A stretch of 63,047 bases of DNA, filler included, from Octopus bimaculoides (taxonomy: Eukaryota), in NCBI RefSeq assembly GCF_001194135.2. It is 6 parts of 6 records of this genome, joined end to end, with 100 filler letters (N's around TTAATTAATTAA, not from the genome) between each part and the next. Parts side by side here need not be neighbours in the genome. Positions count along the whole stretch, not along the records: positions 26,142 to 52,070 come from NC_068981.1; positions 52,171 to 61,623 come from NC_068989.1; 4 more parts are not named here. One strand, written 5' to 3'. The notes under the pieces are model-generated. The model ran no database searches. It saw nothing but the letters and a program-made list of their open reading frames with translations, and was not told the DNA's origin. Shown one piece after another: positions 47,106 to 59,518 of the stretch (the first letter of the stretch is position 1; each line of letters starts with the position of its first letter). Position numbers and translations under genes: made by a program.

Positions 47106-47505
47106 GAGTGGTTGTGTGGTAAGTAGCTTGCTTACCAACCACATGGTTCTAGGTTCAGTCCCACTGTATGGCATCTTGGGCAAGTGTCTTCTACTGTAGC
47201 CTCGGGCCAACCAAAGCCTTGTGAGTGGATTTGGTAGACGGAAACTGAAAGAAGCCCATCGTATATATGTATATATATATGTATGTGTGTGCATATGTTT
47301 GTGTGTCTGTGTTTGTCCCCCCAGCATCATTTGACAACCAATGCTGGTGCGTTTACGTCTCCATAACTTAGCGGTTCAGTAAGAGAAACCGATAGAATAA
47401 GTACTAGGCTTACAAAGAATAAGTCCTGGGGTCAATTTACTTGACTAAAGGCGGTGCTCCAGCATGGCCGCAGTCAATTGACTGAAACAAATAAAAGAGT
47501 AAAAG
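47106..47505 (+). mobile_element. tRNA-derived SINE 'family B', full length
   Basis: gagtggttgtgtggtaagtagcttgc...ggttcagtccc...ggcaagtgtcttctact...cagcatggccgcagtcaattgactgaaacaaataaaagagtaaaag. Further copies at about 4200-4355(-), 18390-18540(-), 42730-42820(-), 61497-61623(-). Confidence 0.88.
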
Positions 47506-47599
47506 GGTAACCTTCTGTCCCAATAAACCACTATTGTCCCTGAAAGTTGTTGTTTATATTTACTACGGATTGCTTGATGCCAACTTTCTTCCTACACCT

Positions 47600-47712
47600 C
47601 AATCCCTGGATCTTCTGGTGCAGCCTTCTGGCTTGCCAGCCCTCAGTCAAACCATCCAACCCATGCCAGCATGGAAAGCGGACTTTAAACGGCAATGATG
47701 ATGATGATGATG
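47600..47712 (-). mobile_element. RTE 3'-UTR-type fragment (rearranged); other short tail at about 50510-50560
   Basis: Tail motifs ccaacccatgccagcatggaaagcggactttaaac; orientation partly mixed. Confidence 0.4.
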
Positions 47713-48338
47713 ATATATAGCCACTCTTTCTTTCTCTGAGCATCTTATTAATACTTTGCATGTGTTACATCCTCACGTTTTTTTTTCTTGTCTTTTTTTT
47801 CTCTTGTGTTAATTAACTATATATATGTGTGTGTGTGTGTGTGTGTTTCTTGAGAAGGGAGGACACCCCAAACCAGGCAAGATGGTGAGATGCTGTGAGG
47901 GTGGTTGGTATGGCATTGAGGTAGATCTGGCCACTCCCATTGACGAAGACAAAACCCGGATTCAAAATGATGGATGATGTTGATGATGAAAGCTCCTTCC
48001 CAAGCCATAGTATTCTGAGGTGTATATAATCCCTCCTCCCACTGGACAGGATGCCAGAGCATGACTGTGTTGTGAGGTACTTTCTGTTATGGTTGTTCGT
48101 TGATGCTTGGGGAGGATGAAAATGCCTTTCTAGGGCTGCATGTAAAATGATAAACAACACTGATGAACAGTTAACAGAAGCTTTATTTACTGCATATAGT
48201 TTTTTTGCTCTATGTTGGTCTTGGGATGAAGAATAAAAGCAACAACTTGTACACACAGGGAGAGACATAATACTGGAGTCTGTGTCAAAATAGCTGCTAG
48301 TACCAATTTGTGATGAACCCATGGCAACTAGGAAAATA

Positions 48339-48893
48339 CGAGGGTGAGTCAAAAAGTAATGCCATTTTGTTTAGGAGAAGTATAATTACTAACACAGAAA
48401 CATGTATCATACATCAAAATGAAGCTGGTCCTCTGTGGATCACATCCTTACTTCTCAACATAGTCACCGTTTCTTTCAATAGCAATGTTCCACCTTCGAA
48501 TGAGAGCATGTATCCCTGCCCCCTAAAATTCTGTTGACTGTTCTTTGAGCCACTTCTTCACTACAGTTTTCACTTCCTCATCACTGGAATAATGTTTGCC
48601 TCTCAAACCCTCTTTCATGAGATGATAGTCCAGTGATGATGATAGTCCAGTGACGAGGAAGTGAAAACTAGTGAAGAAGTGGCTCAAAGGAAAATCAACA
48701 GAATTTTATGGGGCAGGGATACATGGTCTCATTCGAAGGTGGAACATTGCTATTGAGAGAAACGGTGACTATGTTGAGAAGTAGGGATGTGATCCACAAA
48801 GGACCAGCTTCATTTTGATGTATGATACATGTTCCTGTGTTGGTAATTATACCTCTCTTAAACAAAATGGCATTACTTTTTGACTCACCCTTG
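48339..48893. mobile_element. Mariner-derived 555-bp palindromic MITE with TA target-site duplication
   Basis: TA|cgagggtgagtcaaaaagtaatgcc...ggcattactttttgactcacccttg|TA with near-perfect arms of about 250 bp. The right arm reads VKKWLKGKSTEFYGAGIHGLIRRWNIAIERNGDYVEK*, a mariner transposase C-terminus. Confidence 0.88.
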
Positions 48894-51394
48894 TAATAGC
48901 ACCAAATTCATAACAGCTAAATTTGTACCTTCTGTCTGTCCAATTCAGTTCCCTCTGTTCAATCATTTCAGAAAATAGTTTGAATGATTGTTTTCTTACA
49001 GCCATTTAAAAATCTATTTTATTATTGAGCAGTAAACAGTTTGTGTTGGATGAAGAGCATCTCATTTTACAATGTCAAACAAGTAACACAGCAGCAGTGT
49101 TCTATCACTGTTTTTACTTTGATTTCTCACCAAATACACTCTTACTCTCTACCTATGTGTGTATGTTTAATTCTATCTGCACGGCTGGTGAATAAAATGA
49201 GAATGGTGTCATTACAGCAACTGCCTCAACACTCCGAGATTACTGCTTAAATATCCACCTTTTATAAGACTCATTAGAAGGTTCTAGAAAGTTAGATCAT
49301 ATGATGGCTTGATGCTGATTGGTCAGTTAATCAGCCAATCATATGAAATGACAGTGATCTCCACATGGCATTCACTTGGCTGTCCATCAATTTGGTTTTG
49401 AATTTGCTACATGTGCAATACCTTAACCACTAAGCCGCACATTCACCAAATACTCTTTGCACCCTCTCTCTCCCTCTCAGTCTCTCCCCATATTTGTACA
49501 TTTAATTTTAATAAGTTACTTTGGATCTTTGTGGGTTTTCATCACTGTTTACAATATTGTTCCAATTGTTTTCAAATTTGGTAAATGGATTAAGGTTTGT
49601 ATACTAATTATGAAAATGAAATTCATTTTTCCTTGCAAAATTTGGATATTTAAGCCAATCAGAAGCGAGTATTTTACATACCACCATGGCGAAAATTTCT
49701 ATTTCCATAGTAACCAAAGCAAAGATGCACCACGTGTTGCATAACTGGTTGCAAAGAAATGTTTCCCAAGTAACCAAAGATGCTGCACATGCGCACAAGG
49801 AGGAGAAGAAGATACAAGAAAGATTATTTTATAAAATCCTAGTTTAATCTTTTGACATGCCGATGCCACCATCCCCTCCCCCTAATGTTAGAAGAAGCAG
49901 CAAATGTGCTGTTTTCTGATTGGCTGAAAATTCTGAAAATTATCAAACTTTGAATACCTATAACATTTTTGCAAATTTTTTCTAGAATAAATAAATAACA
50001 AATTCGGGTTCAACATCATAAATTACATCTATATGATACAATAAAAATTTTTTTTAAAAGATAATTGTAAACAATGACGAAAACCACAAAGATCCATTAC
50101 TTTCTTGACAATGCTACTAATGTGTTCACATTTAGTCAATTGTATGTTTCTCAGAGTTGGGGATCCATCAGCCAGACAGATTTTAGCTGGTCAACGTCAA
50201 TTTACTATGCCAAGAAGATCTCACAAGGAATCCAATTATGAAAATGTAAAATTCACTAAAATTATTATATTCACAGACATTGTCTGATTGTCCAATTTCT
50301 GGTCTGTGATTTGTTGTTTAAAATGTTGCAAGCAGAAAGAAAAATGATTTAAAAAATAACACCTATCTTGATTTAATAAATGTTTCTTTTATTTGAATAT
50401 TGTTTTACCTTTTATTTAATCCTTTATTGAATATATGCCTGTATTTCACTGAAACAAAGTATTACGTATTCTGATCATATAACTATGGGTCATGTACTAG
50501 TCGTCATCATCGTCATCATCATCCTCTGTCTGTTTTCCATGCTAGCATGGGTTGGACGGTTCTGTTTCAATTAATTTTTAGAATAATGAAGAATTTAGTG
50601 AAATCATTTTATCATTTGTCCATGACTCCACTGATGTTCACAATTAAGCACACCTTCACTGTGTCCCCCGCTCACCGCATTTTGCTCTGTCCCTATCTCT
50701 ATCCATCTGCCATGCTCCTTCACACTCCCATGAACTTAACCACCCATACCACTTCTCCTATATTCACCATCTTCTAACTTAAAGCTATGCCCTGACACAT
50801 CTTTACCATCATCCTCTTTCTTTTCCAATTGGAGTATCCATATTGCAAGTATCCATATTGCTGAGTATCCTACAGCAAGACACCTGTCTGTGTCCCTCTG
50901 TCAAACTCTAGTCTCTCGTCACCTAGCATTAAGCCAACATGCTCACTGTTACACCCATCACAGTTGAAGGGTCTTGTCTTGCAAGTTAGTCAGTGACCTC
51001 ACTAGTGCTGGTATCACATGAAAAGCACTTTGTGTAATCTGTAAAGTGGTTGGCATTATGAAGGGTATCCAGCTATAGAGACAATGCCAAAGCATACATT
51101 AAAGTTTGATGCAGTCCTCTGGTTTTCTAGCTCCTGTCAAACCATCCAACCCATGCCAGCATAGAAAACAGATATTAAATTATGATGAATCTAATTAGAA
51201 CATATTAACAAAAAGTTTTGATGGAAAATTTTGTCCAGATCACTTTAAAACAGGAATTTTGTGTCATAGAACCAGCGGGTAGCCTCAGGTTGGTGGGTAT
51301 CAAACAGGTTAATTCTTAAATCTAAAATTTAACCTTCTCACATTTCTTCTGCTTGAATTGCAAAACATGTTTTTTCTTTCTTTCTTTTTTTCAG

Positions 51395-51501
51395 AATTTA
51401 TTAAAAAAGACAGAGAAAATGAGCCACAAAATATATCAGACCATGGACAAGTAAACCCAAATGACACTAAAGACAAATACAATAAATGGAAAGAGTCCTT
51501 T
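51395..51501 (+). CDS. Candidate internal coding exon of an unidentified gene (xFIKKDRENEPQNISDHGQVNPNDTKDKYNKWKESF)
   Basis: Very strong acceptor (tttttttctttctttcttttttttcAG), TTT|GTAAGC donor, open frame (phase 1 to phase 0), 107 nt. Short, so a chance or non-coding exon is possible. Confidence 0.4.
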
Positions 51502-51779
51502 GTAAGCATGATAAATGATGATGGTAGGTAAAACCATGCCTAAACTAATTACAATACAAAATAAAATTCAATATATTATTGGTTGAACATCTTGAGTGCT
51601 CAAATCCTGCTAATATCAGTTTTTATTAACGGAGACCCAGATACACTATCAGCATCCTCCTCCTCATCATCATCTTTCTTTCAGTCTGTCAACTTCTTTT
51701 ATTTTCCTCTTTCTCTTCTTCATGTTATTCTTATTCTTTTCTTCTTGCTCTTGTTTTTTCACTTTTCTACTTGTTGCCA

Positions 51780-52070
51780 CATGAGGTTTTTCGAGCGAGA
51801 TCGTTGCCGGTGCCCCTGGGCTGGCTCGTGTGCGGGCGACACATGGAATCTTTCGGACGGGATCGTTGCCGGTGCCCCTGGGCTGGCTCTTGTGCGGGTG
51901 ACACATGAAATGCCTTGAGCAAGACGGGATCGTTGCCAGTGCCCCTGGATTGGCTCATGTGCGGGCGACACATGAAATCTTCCGAGCGGGATCGTTGCCG
52001 GTGCCCCTGGGCTGTCTCTTGTGCGGGTGACACATGAGGTTTTCCGAGCGAGATCGTTGCCAGTGCCCCT
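51780..52070 (+). repeat. GC-rich tandem array of 62-67 bp units derived from the RTE 3' UTR; runs into a gap
   Basis: gatcgttgcc(g/a)gtgcccctgg units at 51799, 51861, 51928, 51990 and 52052; same unit as 46513-46680. Confidence 0.88.
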
Positions 52071-53229
52071 NNNNNNNNNNNNNNNNNNNNNNNNNNNNNN
52101 NNNNNNNNNNNNNNTTAATTAATTAANNNNNNNNNNNNNNNNNNNNNNNNNNNNNNNNNNNNNNNNNNNNATATATACATATGTATGTGTGTGTGTGTGT
52201 GTGTGTATGTATACATATATATGTATGTGTCTGTGTGTATGTATGTATATGTGTATGTATACGAACAAGTATGCCTTTTGGTGAATGTTTATATGCATAT
52301 AAATTGTGTTTATAGAAGCACACATGCACACATATGCGTGTACATGCGTGTGTGTACGTGAAACTGTATATGCGTACATGTGTTGAGGTTCGTACATTGG
52401 CCAGAATGTGCTGTTTTGCCTGTATTAGTTTAGCCAATGCAACTCACCATTAAGTCTTTTTCTTAAAACAATATTCACTTTACACACAGTTCATACATAA
52501 AAGCATACACGCATACATACATACACATACACGGTCACACGCACATATATATTAAACATGCACACACACATTTATATACATACATATGAACATATACATA
52601 CACATCGACCATACGTATTGCTCTCATAAATTTGTTTTAGCACCCGAAACGTCACAAAATGACCTGAGAACATCTAATCTAATCTAATCTTTCTCTCTTT
52701 CTCTCTCTCCCTCTCTCATATACAGCCTCTAATTTCTCTACTTTCACCTATAACCTCTATCTGCCCCCACTTTTTATTTATATCTATCTATCTAACGAAA
52801 GCTATCAATCTCTTCTTCCTTTTACATATTTTCCTTTCAATAGTTTATATTTTTATCTCCATTCCTTTTTGTTTTTGTTTCTCATTTTTTATTCTCATTT
52901 TTCACTGAATCTTTTCCATTTCCGTTTTACCTCTTACTTTTCTCCATTTTCTTCGCTTTTCTGTCGCGCCTTTGTTCATATTTCAATATTTTTCTAGTCT
53001 TTCTTTTTCTGTCTTTCTGTTCCTACTGACCGGCCATTACCGACCTTGAGACGTTTATTTCCTCCCATTATTTAGTCTAATGGACCAGTCTTTTCCTTTC
53101 TCGTTTTATTTCTACTCTAATGCTCCGCCACTCATCATTCTATCTAATCTTTAGTCTTCCATTGTCAACCTAGCTTTTCACGCTATTTTTGTATTTTCTA
53201 TTTTTTTGCATCGCCTTTTGTTTTTGCTT

Positions 53230-53281
<52 letters not shown>

Positions 53282-54044
53282 ATACACACACACACACNNN
53301 NNNNNNNNNNNNNNNNNNNNNNNNNNNNNNNNNNNNNNNNNNNNNNNNNNNNNNNNNNNNNNNNNNNNNNNNNNNNNNNNNNNNNNNNNNNNNNNNNNNN
53401 NNNNNNNNNNNNNNNNNNNNNNNNNNNNNNNNNATATATATATGCATGTTTGTGCATGTGTGTGTATATTTTACTTTATGGCATCTAGTTGTGAATATGT
53501 GGAAATATATGTATGGATATTTCCGCGTATGGCGGCGATGTGTGGAGGAATATATCGATCCGCTGAAATTATAACTGCGAGGTAAAATTAGTGCACTTTC
53601 ATTCAGGCAGCAGAGTGCCATTCCTGGTCGGGAGTTTAGGCTTTTACCCTGTGGACCAAACTGCTAACAGTTCCTGTTCCTATCATATACCTGTCACTGG
53701 GGCCTCAAAGGCACTTAACTGCTAATGGCATCGCGAATGAATAAGCTACCTGGTTCCTGAAGCCGCTAGAAATAGTAACTACATCTCCCTTAAATCAGGC
53801 CTTAATTTCTCAGGAACAGCGTACATCGAACATTGTATTTCTGAATGGACTTCATCTTGATAAAATAAAAAGAGATAATGACGGCTAGAATGCTCTCAGT
53901 CATAAGTCAATTCAGCCTCTAAGTTGACCGAATTCTAAGCAATTATGAACGAGCTTATTGCATTAGATAGTATGAAAAACTGCAACTTGCTCCTTGTCTA
54001 TAGTGTTGCTATACGAGACTTACGAAATTTCTGGCTGACTGTGT

Positions 54045-54187
54045 CCACCTGGTACTTATTTCCTCGACACCGAGAGGATGAAAGGCAAAGTTGATTTCGG
54101 TGGAATTTGAACCCAGAACGTAAAAACGGACGAAATGCCGTTAAGCATATTATCCGGCGTGCTAACGATTCTACCAGCTCGCTGTCT
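54045..54187 (-). mobile_element. SINE family A
   Basis: gaggatgaaaggcaaagttgatttcggtggaatttgaacccagaacg...gctaacgattctaccagctcgc. Confidence 0.8.
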
Positions 54188-54229
54188 TAAAGAACTTTGT
54201 TATAATAGCAATCGTTTTTATTCTTAGCA

Positions 54230-55310
54230 GATCTTTGATTTTTTTCACAGATTTTGTGCTACCTTATTTTTTTTGTTAGCAAATCTTTACTCTGCAAACA
54301 GAACTTTTTGTCTTAAAATACCATTGTTTTGCCAGCAGATGACATTTTTCTTCATAGCAGTTTGTATTCATAGCATCTGTATTGTTTTTCAGCACAACTT
54401 TGATGAGTTAGTACAAGCTTTTCTGTGTTGGGAGGATGTTTTATGCGAAAAGACCTTTTCCCTCTTAGCACCTTCGTTATTGTATTAGAAAACTTCATTG
54501 TCTTAGTGGGGCTCTGTTGTGTTAGCAGGACATTTTGTTTTAAAAGACCGTTATTTTGTAAGCATAAATCTGTCTTCTTTGCAGGCCTTTACTCTTCACG
54601 TCTTTTCTTTTTTGTGGTATATCTTTGCTGTGTCAGACGACCATTAGTTTTTGAAAGACCTTTGCTCTGTTAGCACTTCATTTATTTTCTTATAATTCAT
54701 GTATTAGCGGAGTTTCATTTTGTTTGAGAAAATGATTTCGTTAAATGACCTTTATTTATTTAGCATACGTTTGTACCTTCAGCCGGTGTTTGTTGCTTTA
54801 ATGTCTTTGCTTTGTTAGCAGACGTTTGCATTGTTGAAAGGCCTTACATCTGTTGGTGGACATTTTCTCTGTTTTCTCCACCTCTTTCGTTTTAAACGAA
54901 TTTCCTTTTGTCATAAAACCTTTGTCGTATCAGCAGTCTTTTTCTCATACAGGTTCCATTTTCTTAGCAAACCATTATTGTGTTAACAAATTTGTTTGTT
55001 AAAAAAAAACCCATAATTTTGTTAGCAAATATTTTATTTTGTCAGATTTCCTTCTGTCAGCTCCTGATTTGATTAGTTTGCAGACTTCCCGCGTGTTAAC
55101 AGAAATTTTAGTTTTAAAAGGTATGTCATTTCTTAGCAAGATGATTCTTTTCGAAAGAGCTTCGTTTATTTAGCATAGCAGCAGACTTGTCAGATCTTTG
55201 CCCTGTTAGCACCTCTTCTTTTGTTTGCAGAACTTTGCTGCACTAGAAAAAAATGTTGTTCTTAAACTCTGTTTTGCAAGCAGACCTTTAACTTTCGAAA
55301 AAATTAGCAC
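54230..55310. repeat. Highly diverged T-rich tandem-like repeat
   Basis: Many recurrences of (t/g)ttagca and aaagacc-like words with strong T strand bias; no clean period by eye. Confidence 0.45.
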
Positions 55311-55699
55311 CATTCTAAAATGGAACTCTAAAGCGGACAGGTTTGAAGTAAAGTAAGAAAACGTAGCCAAAGCCATAGACGAAATTGTAAAGCAAATGAA
55401 ATCAGAAAAAAGAAATATCTCTGAGTTAAACTCGCCTTTCAACGTCAAACTAAAGACGAATGTAACCCAAACAACGTCCAAACAGTAATCATTATTAAGC
55501 GACGATAGGTAGCACAAGGTGTTTACTAGAAAAGAAGCTAAGAACACACGTCAGACGTAAGAAGTGAAAATAAGAGATTGAAATTCTGAAAGACAGAAAA
55601 TAAAACTATTTGTAAGAAGTAAGAAGAAGAGAATGTTAGAAAGCGGAGAAGAGAAAGAGAAAGCAAAACAACGATAAAAGACGACGACAGATATATAGA

Positions 55700-55712
55700 G
55701 AGAGATAGGTAG

Positions 55713-55796
<84 letters not shown>

Positions 55797-55840
55797 CGAG
55801 AGAGAGAGCGAGAGAGAGCGAGAGAGAGAGGGAGAGAGAG
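55700..55840. repeat. (GA)n/(GATA)n microsatellite
   Basis: Direct inspection. Confidence 0.95.
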
Positions 55841-56090
55841 AGGTATGAAAATAGGGTGAAGAAGGGCTTGATGAGAAATTAGAGCTAAATAGATAGGGAG
55901 GAAGAAATAGAAAAGAAAAAGCAAAACCATTCTGAGATGAAAGGAAAACCAATTGAGATGGAATTTGCCAGAAACGGTAAAATATTGAGTAAATGTCAAA
56001 GTTGAAAGTCAAAGTGAGAATGTCCGATGAATTTCTCTTCTTTATCTCACTTTGTCCTTTTCCATCCTCGGCCTTTCCCACTTTCTCTAC

Positions 56091-56128
<38 letters not shown>

Positions 56129-56325
56129 TATAGAGACACACACATATATAGACAAATATAGACTCATACACGTACAGACACCCACATTTACAGATGCACA
56201 CGCATACAGAAAACTATACAAACACACACGCATATGCTCATGAATACCGGTGCACACATACGCACACAATGACATACAGACATGCAGAGACACGCACATA
56301 CACACGCATATACACACATATAAAG

Positions 56326-56356
<31 letters not shown>

Positions 56357-56646
56357 TACTTGTCTTCCTCTTATCTCTCTCACCCTTTCATTCTCCTTTT
56401 CAGACTCCATTTTCTTTCTTACTTTCTCACTTCTTCATCGGATACTTTCTCACTCTCAATTAACCTTGCACTTTATTTCTTTCTTTCTTTCTTTATTTCT
56501 TTCTTTCTTTCTTTCTTTCTATCCTTCCTTCCTTCCTTCTTCCTTTCTTTCCTTCTTTGTTTGTTTGTTTGTTTGTTTCTTTTTTTCTTTCCTTGTTCGT
56601 CTGTCTTATTCCTCTGCACTCTTCAATCCTCCCCTTTAAGCCTACA

Positions 56647-56680
<34 letters not shown>

Positions 56681-57401
56681 CATACAAACAAAAATACCCT
56701 GTTGTTGATGTTGAGATTCCAATGAAGGAACCTTGGATCTAGGTTAGAAACCGGTTCTTTCTCTTTTGGCAAGAAATCTTGAAATTAACTGAATAATGAC
56801 ATACATACATACATACATACATACATACGTACATGCATACATACGTACATACGTACGTACATATATACATACATATACACATGTGTGTATAAATAATAAA
56901 AGTAAATAATAACACAAATAAAAAATTAATACAAGCGATTAGTCCATGAAACTGATCATTAATTAGGATCTGGAAGATATTTCGTGATATCCCTTCACAT
57001 GGTTAAATTAAAATTTCTCTTAAAAATAATTTATGCGTTTAAATAGGTAATTTGCTAAACTACAAACGTTATACGAAGGAAAATAATAAAAAACAAAAAA
57101 GCGAAGCAAGACATCCATTTCATGAATTTCTTCCAGACGGCAATTATTTTCCATCTATAATACATGTCTTGCTTTATAATAATATGCTTAATTAACATAT
57201 CTCAAGTTATCTCATTATTATGATTTCTAAAAAGAACGAAATAGTGCTAAACGTCATAAACACTGATCAGAGATATTAAGAACCTCGTAATAAGCAGAGG
57301 AAGAAAAAAAAGGAATATGTCATTTCTGTATATCTTTATCCGTCTTCCTTCTTCCGTGATCTTTAATTCAAACTTCCAGTCCCACTAAATAGGCGCAGAC
57401 A

Positions 57402-57651
57402 TGGCTGCGAAAAGGCGTTGGCGTGTCTGTGTATCAGTAATTTTGCCTTCCAACTACATGGTTCCGGATTCAATCCCACAGCGTAGCACCTTGGTCAAGT
57501 TTCTTCTCCTATGGCCTCGGATCAACCAAAACCTTGCGAGTGGATTTGGTAGACGGAAACTAAAAGTATGTATGTATGTATGTATGTAGTTATATACAAA
57601 TCCAATAAATGGAACAAGACGACAATAAAACATCCGGACAGATTGACCACC

Positions 57652-57684
<33 letters not shown>

Positions 57685-57759
57685 GTCGTCGTCGTCATCA
57701 TCATCATTGTCAACAACAACAGAAGCAGCAGCAACAGCAGCAGCAGCAGCAGCGGCGGC

Positions 57760-57797
<38 letters not shown>

Positions 57798-58320
57798 CAA
57801 CAACAACAGCGATTTCATCGAACTCATGGATGTGATAGAGCAGCGACAGGATAAAATAAAAATGAAATATAGCGTTGTGTTCGCTGGTTTTAATCGTCTG
57901 AGCGATCGGCGGACATTTCAGATTTCACATTGATTTCTTTGAATGTTGGCATAAATCTTTTATCTTTTACTTGTTTCGGTCACAAAACATTAGCCGTGTT
58001 GGGGTACCGCCTTGAAGATTAATCGAATCCAGTATTTATTCTATTTATTCTATCGATCTCTTAGGCTGAACCGCTAAGTTATGGGGACGTAAACACACCA
58101 ATACCAGTTGTCAAGCGGTGGTGGAGAGAAACACACACACACACACACACACGCACACACACACAAACAAACAAACACACATACTACGGGCATCTTCCAG
58201 TTTCCACCTTCCAAATTCACTCACAAGGCTTTATTCGGCCCGAGATTGTAGTAGAAGACACTTGGGACTGAACATGGAACCATGTGGTTAAGAAGCAAAC
58301 TTCTTGCCACACAGCCAGTC
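57402..58320. mobile_element. SINE family B pair: 57402-57565 (+, 5' half) and 57962-58320 (-), flanking a CAC/CAT/CAG/CAA microsatellite
   Basis: Family B head and body motifs in opposite orientation. Confidence 0.7.
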
Positions 58321-58729
58321 CAGACAATAGTAAATTTCTCTGGAAAAGTATATAGTCGATGGTAGTGATGATGATAATGAAGTTGTTGCTTGTTGGAAAA
58401 TTGATGCTGCATAGTACCAAACGCTCATCTTCCTCCTCCTAGTACTAACTTTATCAACTTCAGTACCATAAAAGGCAACTAGCGGAATTTGAACTCAAAA
58501 TGTCAAGTATCGTAACTAAATAACGCAACGGCATTTTGTTGGTGGTTTTACACCGCTTCTGCCCATCCATCGCCCTCTTCATAGCCAGAATATTAATAAC
58601 AGGTTTCTCATGTATTGTTTACTAGACAGACGTCTCGTTTATCGTTTCATGTAATTTATTGTTATGTCATCTGAATGGCCAACTACAATAACTCTGCTAG
58701 TCCATTGTTATTTGGGAGACATGGAACAA

Positions 58730-58970
58730 AAGCTATGTATGTATGCATGTATGTATGTTTGTTTGTATGTATGCATGTTTGTATGTATGTTTGTATGTAT
58801 GCATGTTTGTATATATGTATATATGTATGTATGTATATATGTATGTATGTAGGTAGGTATGTGTGTATGTATGTATGTACGTACATACATATGTATGTAC
58901 GTACATACGTACGTATGTATATACACGTGTGTGTATGCATATATTATTTTTGTGGGCGGGTGTATTTCTG

Positions 58971-59010
<40 letters not shown>

Positions 59011-59269
59011 CACACACATACATATATATGCACACATATATACATACATAATACACACACACACACACACATACATATATATATGTAAATGTATCTATAT
59101 GTATGTATGTATGTATGCATGTATGTATGTATTATATATGTGTAAGGGGTAGGCGTATGTTTGTGTATGTGAGTGTTTATGTAAATGTAGATATATATAT
59201 GAATACGTATATATCTACATATACACACATGTACATATATATGAGTTTGTATGTGCGCATATATATTAA

Positions 59270-59330
<61 letters not shown>

Positions 59331-59340
59331 GCTTATATGT
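58730..59340. repeat. (TATG)n/(TA)n/(CA)n/(CT)n compound microsatellite region
   Basis: Direct inspection. Confidence 0.9.
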
Positions 59341-59482
59341 ATATGCACAGACATACGCACACACATACGTATATAACCAAAAGCAACGTAAGCACAGCCG
59401 TCATCACCCCAACAATAAAAAACCACCAAAGACAGAAGAAATCACACCAAAAATCTCCACCGCGTAGTATACACACACGCAC

Positions 59483-59518
<36 letters not shown>

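Noticed and set aside
47813-48352. 179-aa minus-strand ORF
   Set aside because: Starts inside the mariner palindrome, ends in a microsatellite and crosses what looks like decayed LINE sequence; no coherent protein.
50155-50245. Possible exon VGDPSARQILAGQRQFTMPRRSHKESNYEN
   Set aside because: Weak donor (GTAAAA), phase incompatible with the 51395 exon, and short enough to be chance.
51799-52070. CRISPR-like look (constant block plus variable linker)
   Set aside because: Linkers are related to each other and only 16-21 nt, the unit is RTE 3'-UTR sequence, there are no cas genes, and the context is eukaryotic.
55231-55352. Possible phase 0 exon (NFAALEKNVVLKLCFASRPLTFEKISTILKWNSKADRFEV) compatible with 51395-51501
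   Set aside because: Overlaps the cryptic TTAGCA repeat, and the joined peptide resembles nothing I recognise.
56715-56760. Hammerhead-like ccaatgaag-gaacct-tggatct-aggtt-agaaaccggttc
   Set aside because: Lacks the CUGANGA core and alternative pairings are equally good; not supportable.
57609-57854. Poly-His/poly-Gln ORF resembling a transcription-factor low-complexity region
   Set aside because: Entirely explained by triplet microsatellites between two SINEs; no flanking domain or convincing splice sites.
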